This document shows positions 57,501-64,000 of a stretch of 64,000 nucleotides of DNA, one piece after another. Position 1 is the stretch's first letter; each line of letters opens with the position of its first letter. The stretch is from Chitinophagaceae bacterium. GTDB taxonomy: Bacteria; Bacteroidota; Bacteroidia; Chitinophagales; Chitinophagaceae. The stretch lies in NCBI GenBank assembly GCA_041740575.1, contig JBGSLS010000033.1, positions 96,529-160,528 of the forward strand, given 5' to 3'. The notes below the pieces were generated by a model. That model had not been told where the DNA came from, made no database searches, and was given only the letters and a program-made list of their open reading frames with translations. The translations under genes and the position numbers were made by a program.

Positions 57501-57945
57501 CTGTAGAACCATCGGTAAATTGGAAAGGTACACTACCACATTCCAGCGTTTTTGGGTTATAATCAAAAGAAGAAACGGGATATACATTCGTAACATCAAA
57601 AAAGACCCATGTGGAATCTATCCTTCCGTCAAAATCGGTTCTGATTAATACCGCCTTTGCCAAACCTAAACTATCAAACCTTACCTGTACCAGTTGGGAA
57701 AGAGCCTGCGTAGGATTACCATCATCAAACCGCCATCGGATAGATTCATAGGTCAGGGTAGTATTCTCAAATGTAATCCTGTTTCCAAGGCAAATGGGGA
57801 AAGTAGTACCATTTACCGCACGCACGCCATTAACTGTAAAAGTGGGACGCGCCTGTGAGAATAATATAACCGGTATACTTAGGATTATAAGCACCCATAG
57901 TAGCCTGTAACTGCCCACAAAATTGCTCTCCCTTTTTCTTCCCAT
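51523..57945 (-). CDS. Large PKD-repeat surface protein with a type B (gliding motility-associated, CHU_C) C-terminal domain
   Basis: Many WDFGDG PKD units; C-terminal FIPNAFSPDGDGVND...FNRYGQVVF...WDG...KGNITLFR. Confidence 0.9.
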   Translation of the reverse strand: MGRKRESNFVGSYRLLWVLIILSIPVILFSQARPTFTVNGVRAVNGTTFPICLGNRITFENTTLTYESIRWRFDDGNPTQALSQLVQVRFDSLGLAKAVLIRTDFDGRIDSTWVFFDVTNVYPVSSFDYNPKTLECGSVPFQFTDGSTGNGLTYRWDFGDGVSSTIRNPLHKFDKAIGATGNTTYSVRQIVTNAGGCRDTSNIAITVKNIPDIRINSADPLVNFGPFNGVETFRFCNNVPFYTFQFRNISTTMGAINGYTIKWGDGTPDTSFATWPGNVNIVHTFPQGSSTMTVQVSGSNGCNNEKTYNVFVGSNPAGGFASPGNTEICAPDSLKFVISGTANNPIGTIYTVTINDGTPIKSFNHPAPDTVSHWFTKSSCGFSSSNGPIIFTNSFFALLNIENPCGATSVNVIPIYVSGKPNPAATITPGRNICVNVPAQIRNSGDFGGLITATGGGGSICENKGKLVWEIFPSTGYNISGGTLGNRNNRPVSGTDWTAGTETFNITFTRPGIYTVMQYMWNERCGLDSSELEICVRTPPTASFTMDKNEACAPETLSLTNTSPIGTCGGETYLWTIRYLDPTSCGGSGSYSFVNGTASNSTNPQISFTESGLYIIELKVSTRASGCAPAIFTDTFTVRQKPIVNINPLGRICAANTLSPTANVNTCYQNQGIIYEWAFTGGVPTSSSVLNPGAVFYNNQGTFPIVLKVTNDCGTTEATSQSIVGGRPDANAGPDQVECSNQPVNIGMTGFTGVVYSWAPSRGLSNATVPNPTVNYPFYGPAADTTFQYVLTADAGVNCRSTDTVLVTVRRGPLLTVSPTNTSVCIGGSVTLTANGADTYTWSPAAGLNDTQGAVVIASPANTTLYSVIGSLANNCRASANVNVSVITRPVVNAGRDTVACNNAPNVILSGSPAGGVWSGSPFVSAAGAFNPRGAGNGVYTLYYAFIAAGCDGVDSMVVRVQDPPASDAGSDASICADGSIYKLSGAPAGGTWSGSSLVLPNGDFTASTPGTYTLVYSVGSGSCIGRDTVVVTVVNAVSNNTISATQGLCAGVVPAPLIGSNATAGGLALAYQWQQSADSVNWTNIIGANTKDLVIPVPSATIFYRRLGSTIVCTAGSPSNAIRIFIHPNALADIQPAPLVGCAPFVITPAVINLTPYPDRNSIYRWYANNGLIGTGATFPGYTLSNSDDSVFIRLITISRFGCVGDSATAKFKTISNPTPSFLLSDTVGCGPLNILITNTTPQPERYIFHWDFGNGQTSNNPQPGNILFAVNPNRGDTIYAVKLSATGGCDTFTVEHKIRVRARPRTIFTPDKAEGCSPFTVTLNNNSAGSNASFIWDFGDGSPLQPADFSSVKHTYFTNRLDTFRIRLYGTNDCGTDTARFNLVVNPNSVRLDFAVNGSDLNGCAPHTVSFFNNTTGANIFRWNFGDGTPELTTNKGFDTVRHTFSDTGRFVVTLFASNGCSDTTSAETINVALGPKVSFTLNPTVICLNQPFTLTNTSDAGLAWNWDFGDGTTSTLRDPLKNYTAAGNYRIVLRGSRQFAQGFNCTDSAVANIIVNAPTGDWRYRGGYYCPGQPVFFEVFNSNATRYRFYFGNGDSMVTTSPNVSYFYNQPGEYVPRVVLEYQGCTLTLPGPDTIRMGKLESGFTAQPQQFCDSTRVNFTDTSSAFFAIRQWSWLFGDGTTSTLQNPVKVYNQSGTYAVTLSVVGNSGCIDTVRQLLDIRVEQSPVVSITGDTVACVAQPARFAAFDAAGTSAVFDWQIAGGGSQTGNIIFTTWQQNGTYAVRLIGRTAFGCADTATRNVRVNPTPVVNAGRDVTICRGQQIQLNATAPGPMLWTPQQGLSCNTCPNPIANPNFTTEYFVTNTNTFGCTGIDSMLVNVAQPFTINVVPNDTICASSNESAQLFASNAIRYQWTPTVGLNANNIPNPVARPASTTTYRVVGFDAENCFTDTGYVTVAVGYNPTVSLPPGSLVVAGTQVTLTPALTGAPFARYTWTPNRDLSCNNCPNPVATINNNILYNLEVETIYGCTARDTVGYTVVCQKDQVFIPNAFSPDGDGVNDILMVRGKGVSTVKSFRIFNRYGQVVFEKQNFTANDPSAGWDGKVNGVPASPDVYVFTAEVLCTAGANYVYKGNITLFR

Positions 57946-58226
57946 AAATAACGCAGCAGCCCGACAGGCAAAAAAATGAATGCTAAAAATAGCAAATACC
58001 TACCTTAAACAAATATATTAACGTTGAGGCATTAAAAATAAGTATTAGTTCTTATTAAATAGTAAGAATCAAAATCAAATACCGCCCTTCATCCATTTAT
58101 CCAGTAATATTTCCTTTCATCATATTACAGTTGAGCATAGATTTAATAGAATAATTCACTACATACTGATAATCAATTAATTACATTTTTATTACTACTA
58201 CCCCAATAAACTGTACTAAAAATAAA

Positions 58227-58271
58227 TTGGTACTATGTGTTACATAGTACCAAAAAAGACCCATATCTTTG
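58227..58271 (+). promoter_or_regulatory. PadR operator overlapping the padR-pspC promoter
   Basis: Perfect 12-bp inverted repeat TTGGTACTATGT-GTT-ACATAGTACCAA (58227-58253); TATCTTTG at 58264-58271. Confidence 0.75.
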
Positions 58272-58287
58272 TATTGTCAATGAAAGA

Positions 58288-58382
58288 AGTCGGAAAGTCC
58301 GGTAGTCGGTAAAGACAAAAAGACAATTCACACACGCACACTCACTTCCTACTTGCGGACTTCGGACTTCTAACTTTCGGAC
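58288..58382. repeat. Imperfect inverted repeat built from AGTCCG/CGGACT 7-8-mers in the padR 5' UTR
   Basis: Left arm AGTCGGAAAGTCCGGTAGTCGG; right arm CGGACTTCGGACTTCTAACTTTCGGAC. Confidence 0.55.
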
Positions 58383-58400
58383 AATTAAAACACATACACA

Positions 58401-58757
58401 ATGAACATCGAAAACACAGCCAGCCAAATGCGCAAGGGAGTCCTGGAGTTTTGCGTGCTTTCGGTAATTAGCAAGGGTGAGGCCTACCCGAGCGACATCA
58501 TCGAAAAAATGAAAGCTGCCAATTTTCAGTTGCTGGAAGGCACACTGTACCCACTCCTCACACGACTTAAAAATGCCGGGATGCTTACTTACCGTTGGGT
58601 AGAAAGCAACAGCGGCCCACCGCGCAAGTACTTTAGCCTTACCGATGAAGGCCTCAGGTTTTACCAGGACCTGGAAAACACCTGGAACGAAATGGTTGGC
58701 GCCGTTGACTCGGTTATACAATCGCCGGCCGAAATGGTACCTATTCCAAACGGGTAA
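58401..58757 (+). CDS. PadR family regulator
   Basis: MRKGVLEFCVL, EGTLYPLLTRL and SGPPRKYF. Confidence 0.93.
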   Translation: MNIENTASQMRKGVLEFCVLSVISKGEAYPSDIIEKMKAANFQLLEGTLYPLLTRLKNAGMLTYRWVESNSGPPRKYFSLTDEGLRFYQDLENTWNEMVGAVDSVIQSPAEMVPIPNG

Positions 58758-58900
58758 CTAACCACACAAAGCAACACACACAGCAACACACAGCAACACA
58801 CACAAAACACACGCACACCACACGCACACTTTTGCAAACTTGCACACACGCTCGCTCACACTTCATTCGCACATCTAAACAATCGCTCAAACACAAATTA
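58758..58900 (+). repeat. C/A-rich low-complexity spacer with (CA)n and GCAACACAC units
   Basis: accacacaaagcaacacacacagcaacacacagcaacacacacaaaacacacgcacaccacacgcacac... Confidence 0.7.
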
Positions 58901-58902
58901 CC

Positions 58903-61038
58903 ATGAAAAAGGTCATCAACATCAACTTCCAGGGACAAGTAATTCCCATCGAAGAAACGGCCTATGAAATGCTGCAAAACTACGTAGCCAGTCTCCGCAA
59001 TTATTTTGCAGGCGAAGAAGGCCGCGATGAGATTATTAACGACATAGAAAGCAGAATTGCCGAACTATTTGGTGAACAACTCAAGAAAGGTGCCGCCTGT
59101 ATTACGGATGCTGAAGTAACACGCATCATGAATAGTATGGGCCGCCCCGAAGATTTTGATGCTGCAGAAGAAAATGGAAGCTACTCAGCCAAAGCTGAAA
59201 ATGCCGGTCAATCTTACAGTAGCGGACCCGAATATACCGAGCCAGAAGGCAAAAGACGGCTTTACCGTGATGAACAGGACAAAATAGTAGGAGGTGTAGC
59301 CAGCGGCCTCTCCAATTATTTTAAAATTGATCCGGCCATTATCCGTGTTCTTTTTGTAGCCCTGTTTTTTGGCGGTGGTTCAGGCTTACTCATCTACATT
59401 TTGTTGTGGATTATCCTCCCAAGCCGCAGCCTCGTTACCAATATTCGCAAAAGGCTGTACCGCGATACCGAAGAAAAGGTGATTGGAGGGGTAGCCGGTG
59501 GATTGGCTAAATACTTTGATGTAAGCCCGGCCGTACCGCGTGTTATTTTTGCCGCACCTTTTATCCTTGGCATTATTGCTTCGGTATTTAATTCGGTGTA
59601 CTGGGGCTTTGGCTTCCTTGGCAGCTTTGGCGGGGGTACATTTATCATGGCCTATATAATCCTATGGATTGTGTTGCCTGAGGCAAAAACCGCGGCCGAA
59701 AAATTGGAAATGCGGGGCGAAAAGGTTGACCTTAACTCTATACGCAATACGATTGTAGGCGACATGGAAGGTGTAAAAAATAAGGCGGCTGAAATGGGGC
59801 AGGAACTTAAAACATCCGCTACACAAATGGGTGCCGAAGTAAAAGAAGCCTTTTATTCCAAAAGCAGCCAACTAGGTCCCGAAGTTGGTTACGCAGCAAG
59901 GCGCACCGGAAACGGCTTAGGCAACGCCATTGCTATCCTTATCAAAGCTTTCTTCTACTTTATTATTGGAATCATTGCCTTCGCATTGTTTATGGCTTCC
60001 ATTGGTCTGTTGGTTGGTGGTGTAAGTGTTTACCCACTGCATGAGTTTATTTTAATGGGGCCTACCCAACACTTTGCCGCATGGGGTACCATGGTTCTTT
60101 TCCTGGGTGTACCGGTTATTGCACTTCTCGTGTTTATTATCCGCAGGCTTATGGGTGTTCGAAAAAGCAACCCAATAATAGGTTACACTTTTACCGGTCT
60201 TTGGATCATTGGTCTTGTTTCCTTTTTTGTACTTATCGGCTCATTAAACCGCAGCTTTCTTAGCCAGGTAGGTGTACGTGAAGATGTAAATATTTCACAA
60301 CCTGCCGGCAACATGATGAAAGTAACGCTGGCCGATGATGATGTGGTTATCTATGATGAATGGATTAATATGGATGGCATCATGAATATTACCCGCGATA
60401 CACTTTTCCTCAATACCGTAAAAGTAAATGTGGTAAAAAGCAAAGACGGGCTTTATCATGCACATCTCATGAAAATATCGAAGGGTAATGACCGCGTAGT
60501 TGCAGAAAACCTGGCGCAGAAAATATCCTTCCCCATCACTCAAACCGATAGCATTTTATACCTGCCTGCCAAATTTGCAGTAGGTCGTAATGAAAAATGG
60601 AGAAACCAAAAAGTGGTGTTGGTTATTGAAGTTCCCGAAGGTAAATACCTCGAACTGGATGAGTCACTCGATGACTATGATTACTTCAACATTCAGTTCA
60701 ACAGGCGCAACCGTGGTGTAAACTGGGATATCGATATTGATGATGATGTACGCGACTACCGTAAAGGAACCCCGTTGATTATGACGCCTGACGGTCTTGA
60801 GCGCGTAGATAAAAATGATTGGAATAATGGTGAAGAATATCGGTTTAATGAAGAGAATAAACAAAAGCCTGTTGTTACAGACAGCACCGATACCATTCAA
60901 CCCGTAATTGAAAAAAAGGAAAATGAAGTATACAGGTATAGCTTAAATGAAGTGGACGAAGAACCTGTTATAAAAAAAGTTTCTTCTTTCAAACTTCGCA
61001 TTCCCACCAACCCCTTAAATGCCATGTTACGTTTGTAA
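58903..61038 (+). CDS. PspC-domain membrane protein (two PspC repeats plus periplasmic extension)
   Basis: MKKVININFQG, RLYRDEQDKIVGGVASGL and RLYRDTEEKVIGGVAGGL, EKLEMRGEKVDLNSI. Confidence 0.9.
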   Translation: MKKVININFQGQVIPIEETAYEMLQNYVASLRNYFAGEEGRDEIINDIESRIAELFGEQLKKGAACITDAEVTRIMNSMGRPEDFDAAEENGSYSAKAENAGQSYSSGPEYTEPEGKRRLYRDEQDKIVGGVASGLSNYFKIDPAIIRVLFVALFFGGGSGLLIYILLWIILPSRSLVTNIRKRLYRDTEEKVIGGVAGGLAKYFDVSPAVPRVIFAAPFILGIIASVFNSVYWGFGFLGSFGGGTFIMAYIILWIVLPEAKTAAEKLEMRGEKVDLNSIRNTIVGDMEGVKNKAAEMGQELKTSATQMGAEVKEAFYSKSSQLGPEVGYAARRTGNGLGNAIAILIKAFFYFIIGIIAFALFMASIGLLVGGVSVYPLHEFILMGPTQHFAAWGTMVLFLGVPVIALLVFIIRRLMGVRKSNPIIGYTFTGLWIIGLVSFFVLIGSLNRSFLSQVGVREDVNISQPAGNMMKVTLADDDVVIYDEWINMDGIMNITRDTLFLNTVKVNVVKSKDGLYHAHLMKISKGNDRVVAENLAQKISFPITQTDSILYLPAKFAVGRNEKWRNQKVVLVIEVPEGKYLELDESLDDYDYFNIQFNRRNRGVNWDIDIDDDVRDYRKGTPLIMTPDGLERVDKNDWNNGEEYRFNEENKQKPVVTDSTDTIQPVIEKKENEVYRYSLNEVDEEPVIKKVSSFKLRIPTNPLNAMLRL

Positions 61039-61092
61039 TAACTATACATAAAGAAAACACACGGTGAATTATTTTACCGGTTGTTTAGATGG

Positions 61093-61124
61093 AGCCCCTG
61101 CATTCATTTGCGGGGGTTCTTTTT
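61093..61124 (+). terminator. Intrinsic terminator after pspC
   Basis: GCCCCTGCA-TTCATT-TGCGGGGGT followed by TCTTTTT. Confidence 0.65.
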
Positions 61125-61129
61125 GCAAC

Positions 61130-62101
61130 CTATTCACTATTTTGCCGCTCACTTTTATAAGCAAAATTTACCAGGAAAACACCCCCAACCGTAATAATGG
61201 CACCGAGTAGTAAAACCAGACTCCAGGGTTCATTTAAAATAAAATGCCCTGCAACAACTGCAACCATCGGATTAAAGTATGCATACAATGATGCTATAGT
61301 AGTAGGTAAATGCTGCAACGAATACAGCAATGCCCCAAACGTAATTACAGATCCCATAATGACCATATAGGCAAGCGCCTTCCAGCTATTCGCCGGAACT
61401 TCGCTAAACGGCATGGAAAAACCTGCAATACCGCTAATAATAAAAAGAATAGTCCCCGCCAGAAACATTTGCAGACCCAGCGCATAATAGCGATTTAAAC
61501 CATTGCTCGTACGGGCGGTAATAACCGTACCAATAGCCCATGTAATAGCGGCCGTAAAAGACAGCAAAATGCCAAAACGAAACTCAGGATTGCCAAAATC
61601 TTCCAAATGATCATAAAAAATAATAGCCACGCCTGCAAAACCAAGGAACAACCCGAGTATCGCCAGCAGATTTGGCTTTTTATGATAACCGGTTATCCAG
61701 TCGATGATGGCTACTACCAATGGAAAAATGGCACCGAGTATAGCACCCAATCCGCTGCTGATATATTTGATGCCCCAGGTGGTAAGCCCGTTACTAGTTA
61801 CAAACAAAAAGAACGCCAGCAAAATCACCTGTCCCCATTGCTTTGGTGTAGGCCATACTGCTTTGCCAATTATGATGAAAAATAGTAAAAAGCAACTCCC
61901 GCCCAATGTTTGCCGTATAGCGGAAAAAAATAAGGGATGAATACCCTGAATCCCGATTTTGGATGCCACCCAGGTAGTACCCCAAACAAACGAGGTAAGA
62001 AACAGTGCGAAATACGCCAGCGAACCGCGCCGCGCCTTTTGCTTAAACTGCCTGCGCTTAAGCCGCGAATAGGCTATGATGGAAGTTGGATTGAGACTCA
62101 T
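61130..62101 (-). CDS. DMT/EamA family transporter
   Basis: FVWGTTW, YAYFNPMVAVVAG and two EamA repeats. Confidence 0.88.
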   Translation of the reverse strand: MSLNPTSIIAYSRLKRRQFKQKARRGSLAYFALFLTSFVWGTTWVASKIGIQGIHPLFFSAIRQTLGGSCFLLFFIIIGKAVWPTPKQWGQVILLAFFLFVTSNGLTTWGIKYISSGLGAILGAIFPLVVAIIDWITGYHKKPNLLAILGLFLGFAGVAIIFYDHLEDFGNPEFRFGILLSFTAAITWAIGTVITARTSNGLNRYYALGLQMFLAGTILFIISGIAGFSMPFSEVPANSWKALAYMVIMGSVITFGALLYSLQHLPTTIASLYAYFNPMVAVVAGHFILNEPWSLVLLLGAIITVGGVFLVNFAYKSERQNSE

Positions 62102-62249
62102 TGGGACGCAAAGATGAGGGTAGAAAGGTAAAAGCCAACTATGAACGCTCCAATTTCCTGCTATCGGATTTTGAAATACACACTAAACCCTTTTGCAAAA
62201 AATTGGTCTGATGATGGCTGCTCAATTATCCAACACTTAATTTTATGGT

Positions 62250-63551
62250 ATGATTCAAAAATCACACTTCATTCTTTCAGCCAAACACCTAAGGAAAATA
62301 TACTCCATTTTCTTTGCCGTTTTCCTTCACCATCTCAACTTGTATGCCCAGGACTATTACTTTCCATCCAAAACGGGCAATCAATGGGATACCATGAATC
62401 CAGCAAGGCTCGGTTGGTGCCCAAGCCGTATAGACAGTTTGTACGACTACCTCCAAAAAACCAACACTAAAGCTTTTATCGTATTGCACAGGGGCAAAAT
62501 AGTGTTAGAAAAATACTTTGACACGCAAACAGTTGACGCTCAATGGTATTGGGCAAGCGCGGGTAAAACCATCACAGCCTTTTTAGCAGGTATGGCACAA
62601 CAGCAAGGACAGATTCAACTTAATCAAAACGTTTCGCATTATTTGGGCAATGGGTGGACGGTAGCCCCGCAGGCAAAGGAAAGCATCATAACCATCAAAC
62701 AACTGCTTAACATGACAAGCGGGCTGAACGATGAACCACCTGAACCGTGCAACAGCCTTAGTACACCAAATACATGTCTTCAATACCTTGCCGATGCAGG
62801 CACCCGATGGGGCTACCACACCGGCGCCTACCTGCAAATGCATAATGTATTCGAAAAGGTAAGCGGAAAGGGGATTAGCCTTTACACCAAAAACATGTTG
62901 GGCGACCGCATCGGCATGAGTGGTTTCTGGGTAAATGGGGTGTATATCAGCAATGCACGCAGCATGGCACGCTTTGGGTTATTATCCCTTGCACGCGGGC
63001 GATGGGGCAGCGATACCCTGCTCACCGACACATCCTACTACCGGCAAATGATAACTGCAACACAGCCTTTCAATCTTTCGTATGGTTACCTGTGGTGGCT
63101 CAATGGTCAGCCGTCTTTTATGGTGCCCGGTCTGCAAGCGGTATTCAATTTCCCTTTTATCACAAGCGCCCCTGCTGATATGTTTGCCGCGCTTGGCCTC
63201 AACGATCAAAAGATTTATGTAGTACCAAGCCGCGACATGGTAGTCATCCGAATGGGCAATAGTGCCTATGACGAATCGGCCGCGCTTTCCAAATATGATG
63301 ATACGCTTTGGCAAAAAATAAACCAACTTCCAATGCTACCCTGTACCTATACTTTTACCGGGAACGGCATGTTTTCAAATGTCTTACAATGGAAGCATAC
63401 GGTACCGCCAGCCAACCCATTACCCGCAGGAAACACAATATGGATACATGGTGAATGCACACTCGACAAACCGTTTACATTGCACAACGGGGCAAGGCTT
63501 GACGTAAAAAATGGGGCGATGCTTTGGGTGAATGATATGATTTTGCAGTGA
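62250..63551 (+). CDS. Secreted serine hydrolase (class C beta-lactamase-like) with an unnamed C-terminal module
   Basis: Signal peptide, SAGK (SxxK), LLNMTSGL, YGYLWWLNG and ALGLNDQKIYVVPSRDMVVIRMG, then a 69-aa tail. Confidence 0.85.
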   Translation: MIQKSHFILSAKHLRKIYSIFFAVFLHHLNLYAQDYYFPSKTGNQWDTMNPARLGWCPSRIDSLYDYLQKTNTKAFIVLHRGKIVLEKYFDTQTVDAQWYWASAGKTITAFLAGMAQQQGQIQLNQNVSHYLGNGWTVAPQAKESIITIKQLLNMTSGLNDEPPEPCNSLSTPNTCLQYLADAGTRWGYHTGAYLQMHNVFEKVSGKGISLYTKNMLGDRIGMSGFWVNGVYISNARSMARFGLLSLARGRWGSDTLLTDTSYYRQMITATQPFNLSYGYLWWLNGQPSFMVPGLQAVFNFPFITSAPADMFAALGLNDQKIYVVPSRDMVVIRMGNSAYDESAALSKYDDTLWQKINQLPMLPCTYTFTGNGMFSNVLQWKHTVPPANPLPAGNTIWIHGECTLDKPFTLHNGARLDVKNGAMLWVNDMILQ

Positions 63552-63613
63552 TGGTGTTAAAGGTGAAGAAAAAATCCGTCAATTATTCGTTCATTCCTTC
63601 AAACTTACATTAA

Positions 63614-64000
63614 TTACACATCCGTAATCACATCAAAACCTTTGAAACTGCCTACAATGGCAAGCGCAGAGACCTTTTTGGCTATTCCTTTTTGCTTTAT
63701 TTTTTCTGCAATTTGATTTAGCGTAGCACCGCTGCCCACTGCATCATCTATCAGCAATACATGCTCATAGATGTTGGTTTCAACAATAGCAAAACTGTTT
63801 CGTGCGTTGCTTATGCGCTCTTCCATTTTTTGTAAGGATTTTTGTGGAACGGGAATCAGTCCGCTTAGCTTTTGCAACCGGAGTTTGGAAAGAGAAAGGT
63901 TTAAGTGCGTTTCGAAGTATTTCATTATTTGTACTTCGCGGCGGATGGTCGGAGGTACAAAACCCACTGCATCAAATGAACCTTGTTGGACAAAAAGACT
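63614..64000 (-). CDS. C-terminal part of a phosphoribosyltransferase-fold (ComF-like) protein, truncated by the window edge
   Basis: VLLIDDAVGSGATL PRPP loop; the frame is open to base 64000. Confidence 0.75.
   Translation of the reverse strand, partial: SLFVQQGSFDAVGFVPPTIRREVQIMKYFETHLNLSLSKLRLQKLSGLIPVPQKSLQKMEERISNARNSFAIVETNIYEHVLLIDDAVGSGATLNQIAEKIKQKGIAKKVSALAIVGSFKGFDVITDV

Noticed and set aside
58233-58721. 162-aa antisense ORF over padR, and the Cys/Val-rich ORFs at 58661-58977
   Set aside because: Shadows of padR and of the (CA)n spacer (TG repeats give Cys/Val).
1-64000. tRNA, rRNA, IS, prophage or dif site
   Set aside because: No T-loop/anticodon-arm pattern, rRNA-like tract, transposase/integrase ORF or dif-like 28-mer was recognised by eye.

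Overview
64 kb of chromosomal DNA from a Bacteroidota, most likely a Chitinophagaceae. The assignment rests on TAnnTTTG promoters, T9SS type A and type B cargo proteins, a PorP/SprF gene and the padR-pspC operon. I found no rRNA, tRNA, CRISPR array, integrase or transposase. Gene content: a divergent sucrose-phosphate synthase/phosphatase + GH32 pair, a SecA-NBD2-like mini protein, a large choice-of-anchor-I surface protein, purF, a pirin-pirin-osmC-FMN reductase operon, two TetR-TolC-MFP-RND efflux operons, a histone-H1-like protein, a ClC transporter, an FGE-like protein with a 23-aa-repeat partner, an Rrf2 regulator divergent from a 613-aa putative flavoprotein, a desaturase, an orphan AT-rich GT2, a SNF2 helicase, a PIN toxin-antitoxin pair, a PKD/CHU_C + PorP pair, padR-pspC and a serine hydrolase. 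The strongest observations not explained by standard annotation are: (1) an unnamed ~68-aa C-terminal module shared by two unrelated secreted proteins, sitting where a T9SS sorting domain would normally be; (2) a duplicated 19-codon leader ORF plus hairpin in front of both pirin genes, one copy fused to the pirin by a 22-nt palindromic insertion; (3) a stand-alone, motif-dead SecA NBD2 paralog; (4) a 44-nt hairpin repeat family with a compensatory base-pair change; (5) an 11-bp-period Pho-box-like array upstream of the choice-of-anchor-I gene; (6) an Rrf2-controlled NMO/FabK/FabX-like protein. All family assignments come from motif recognition by eye; no database searches or folding were run.
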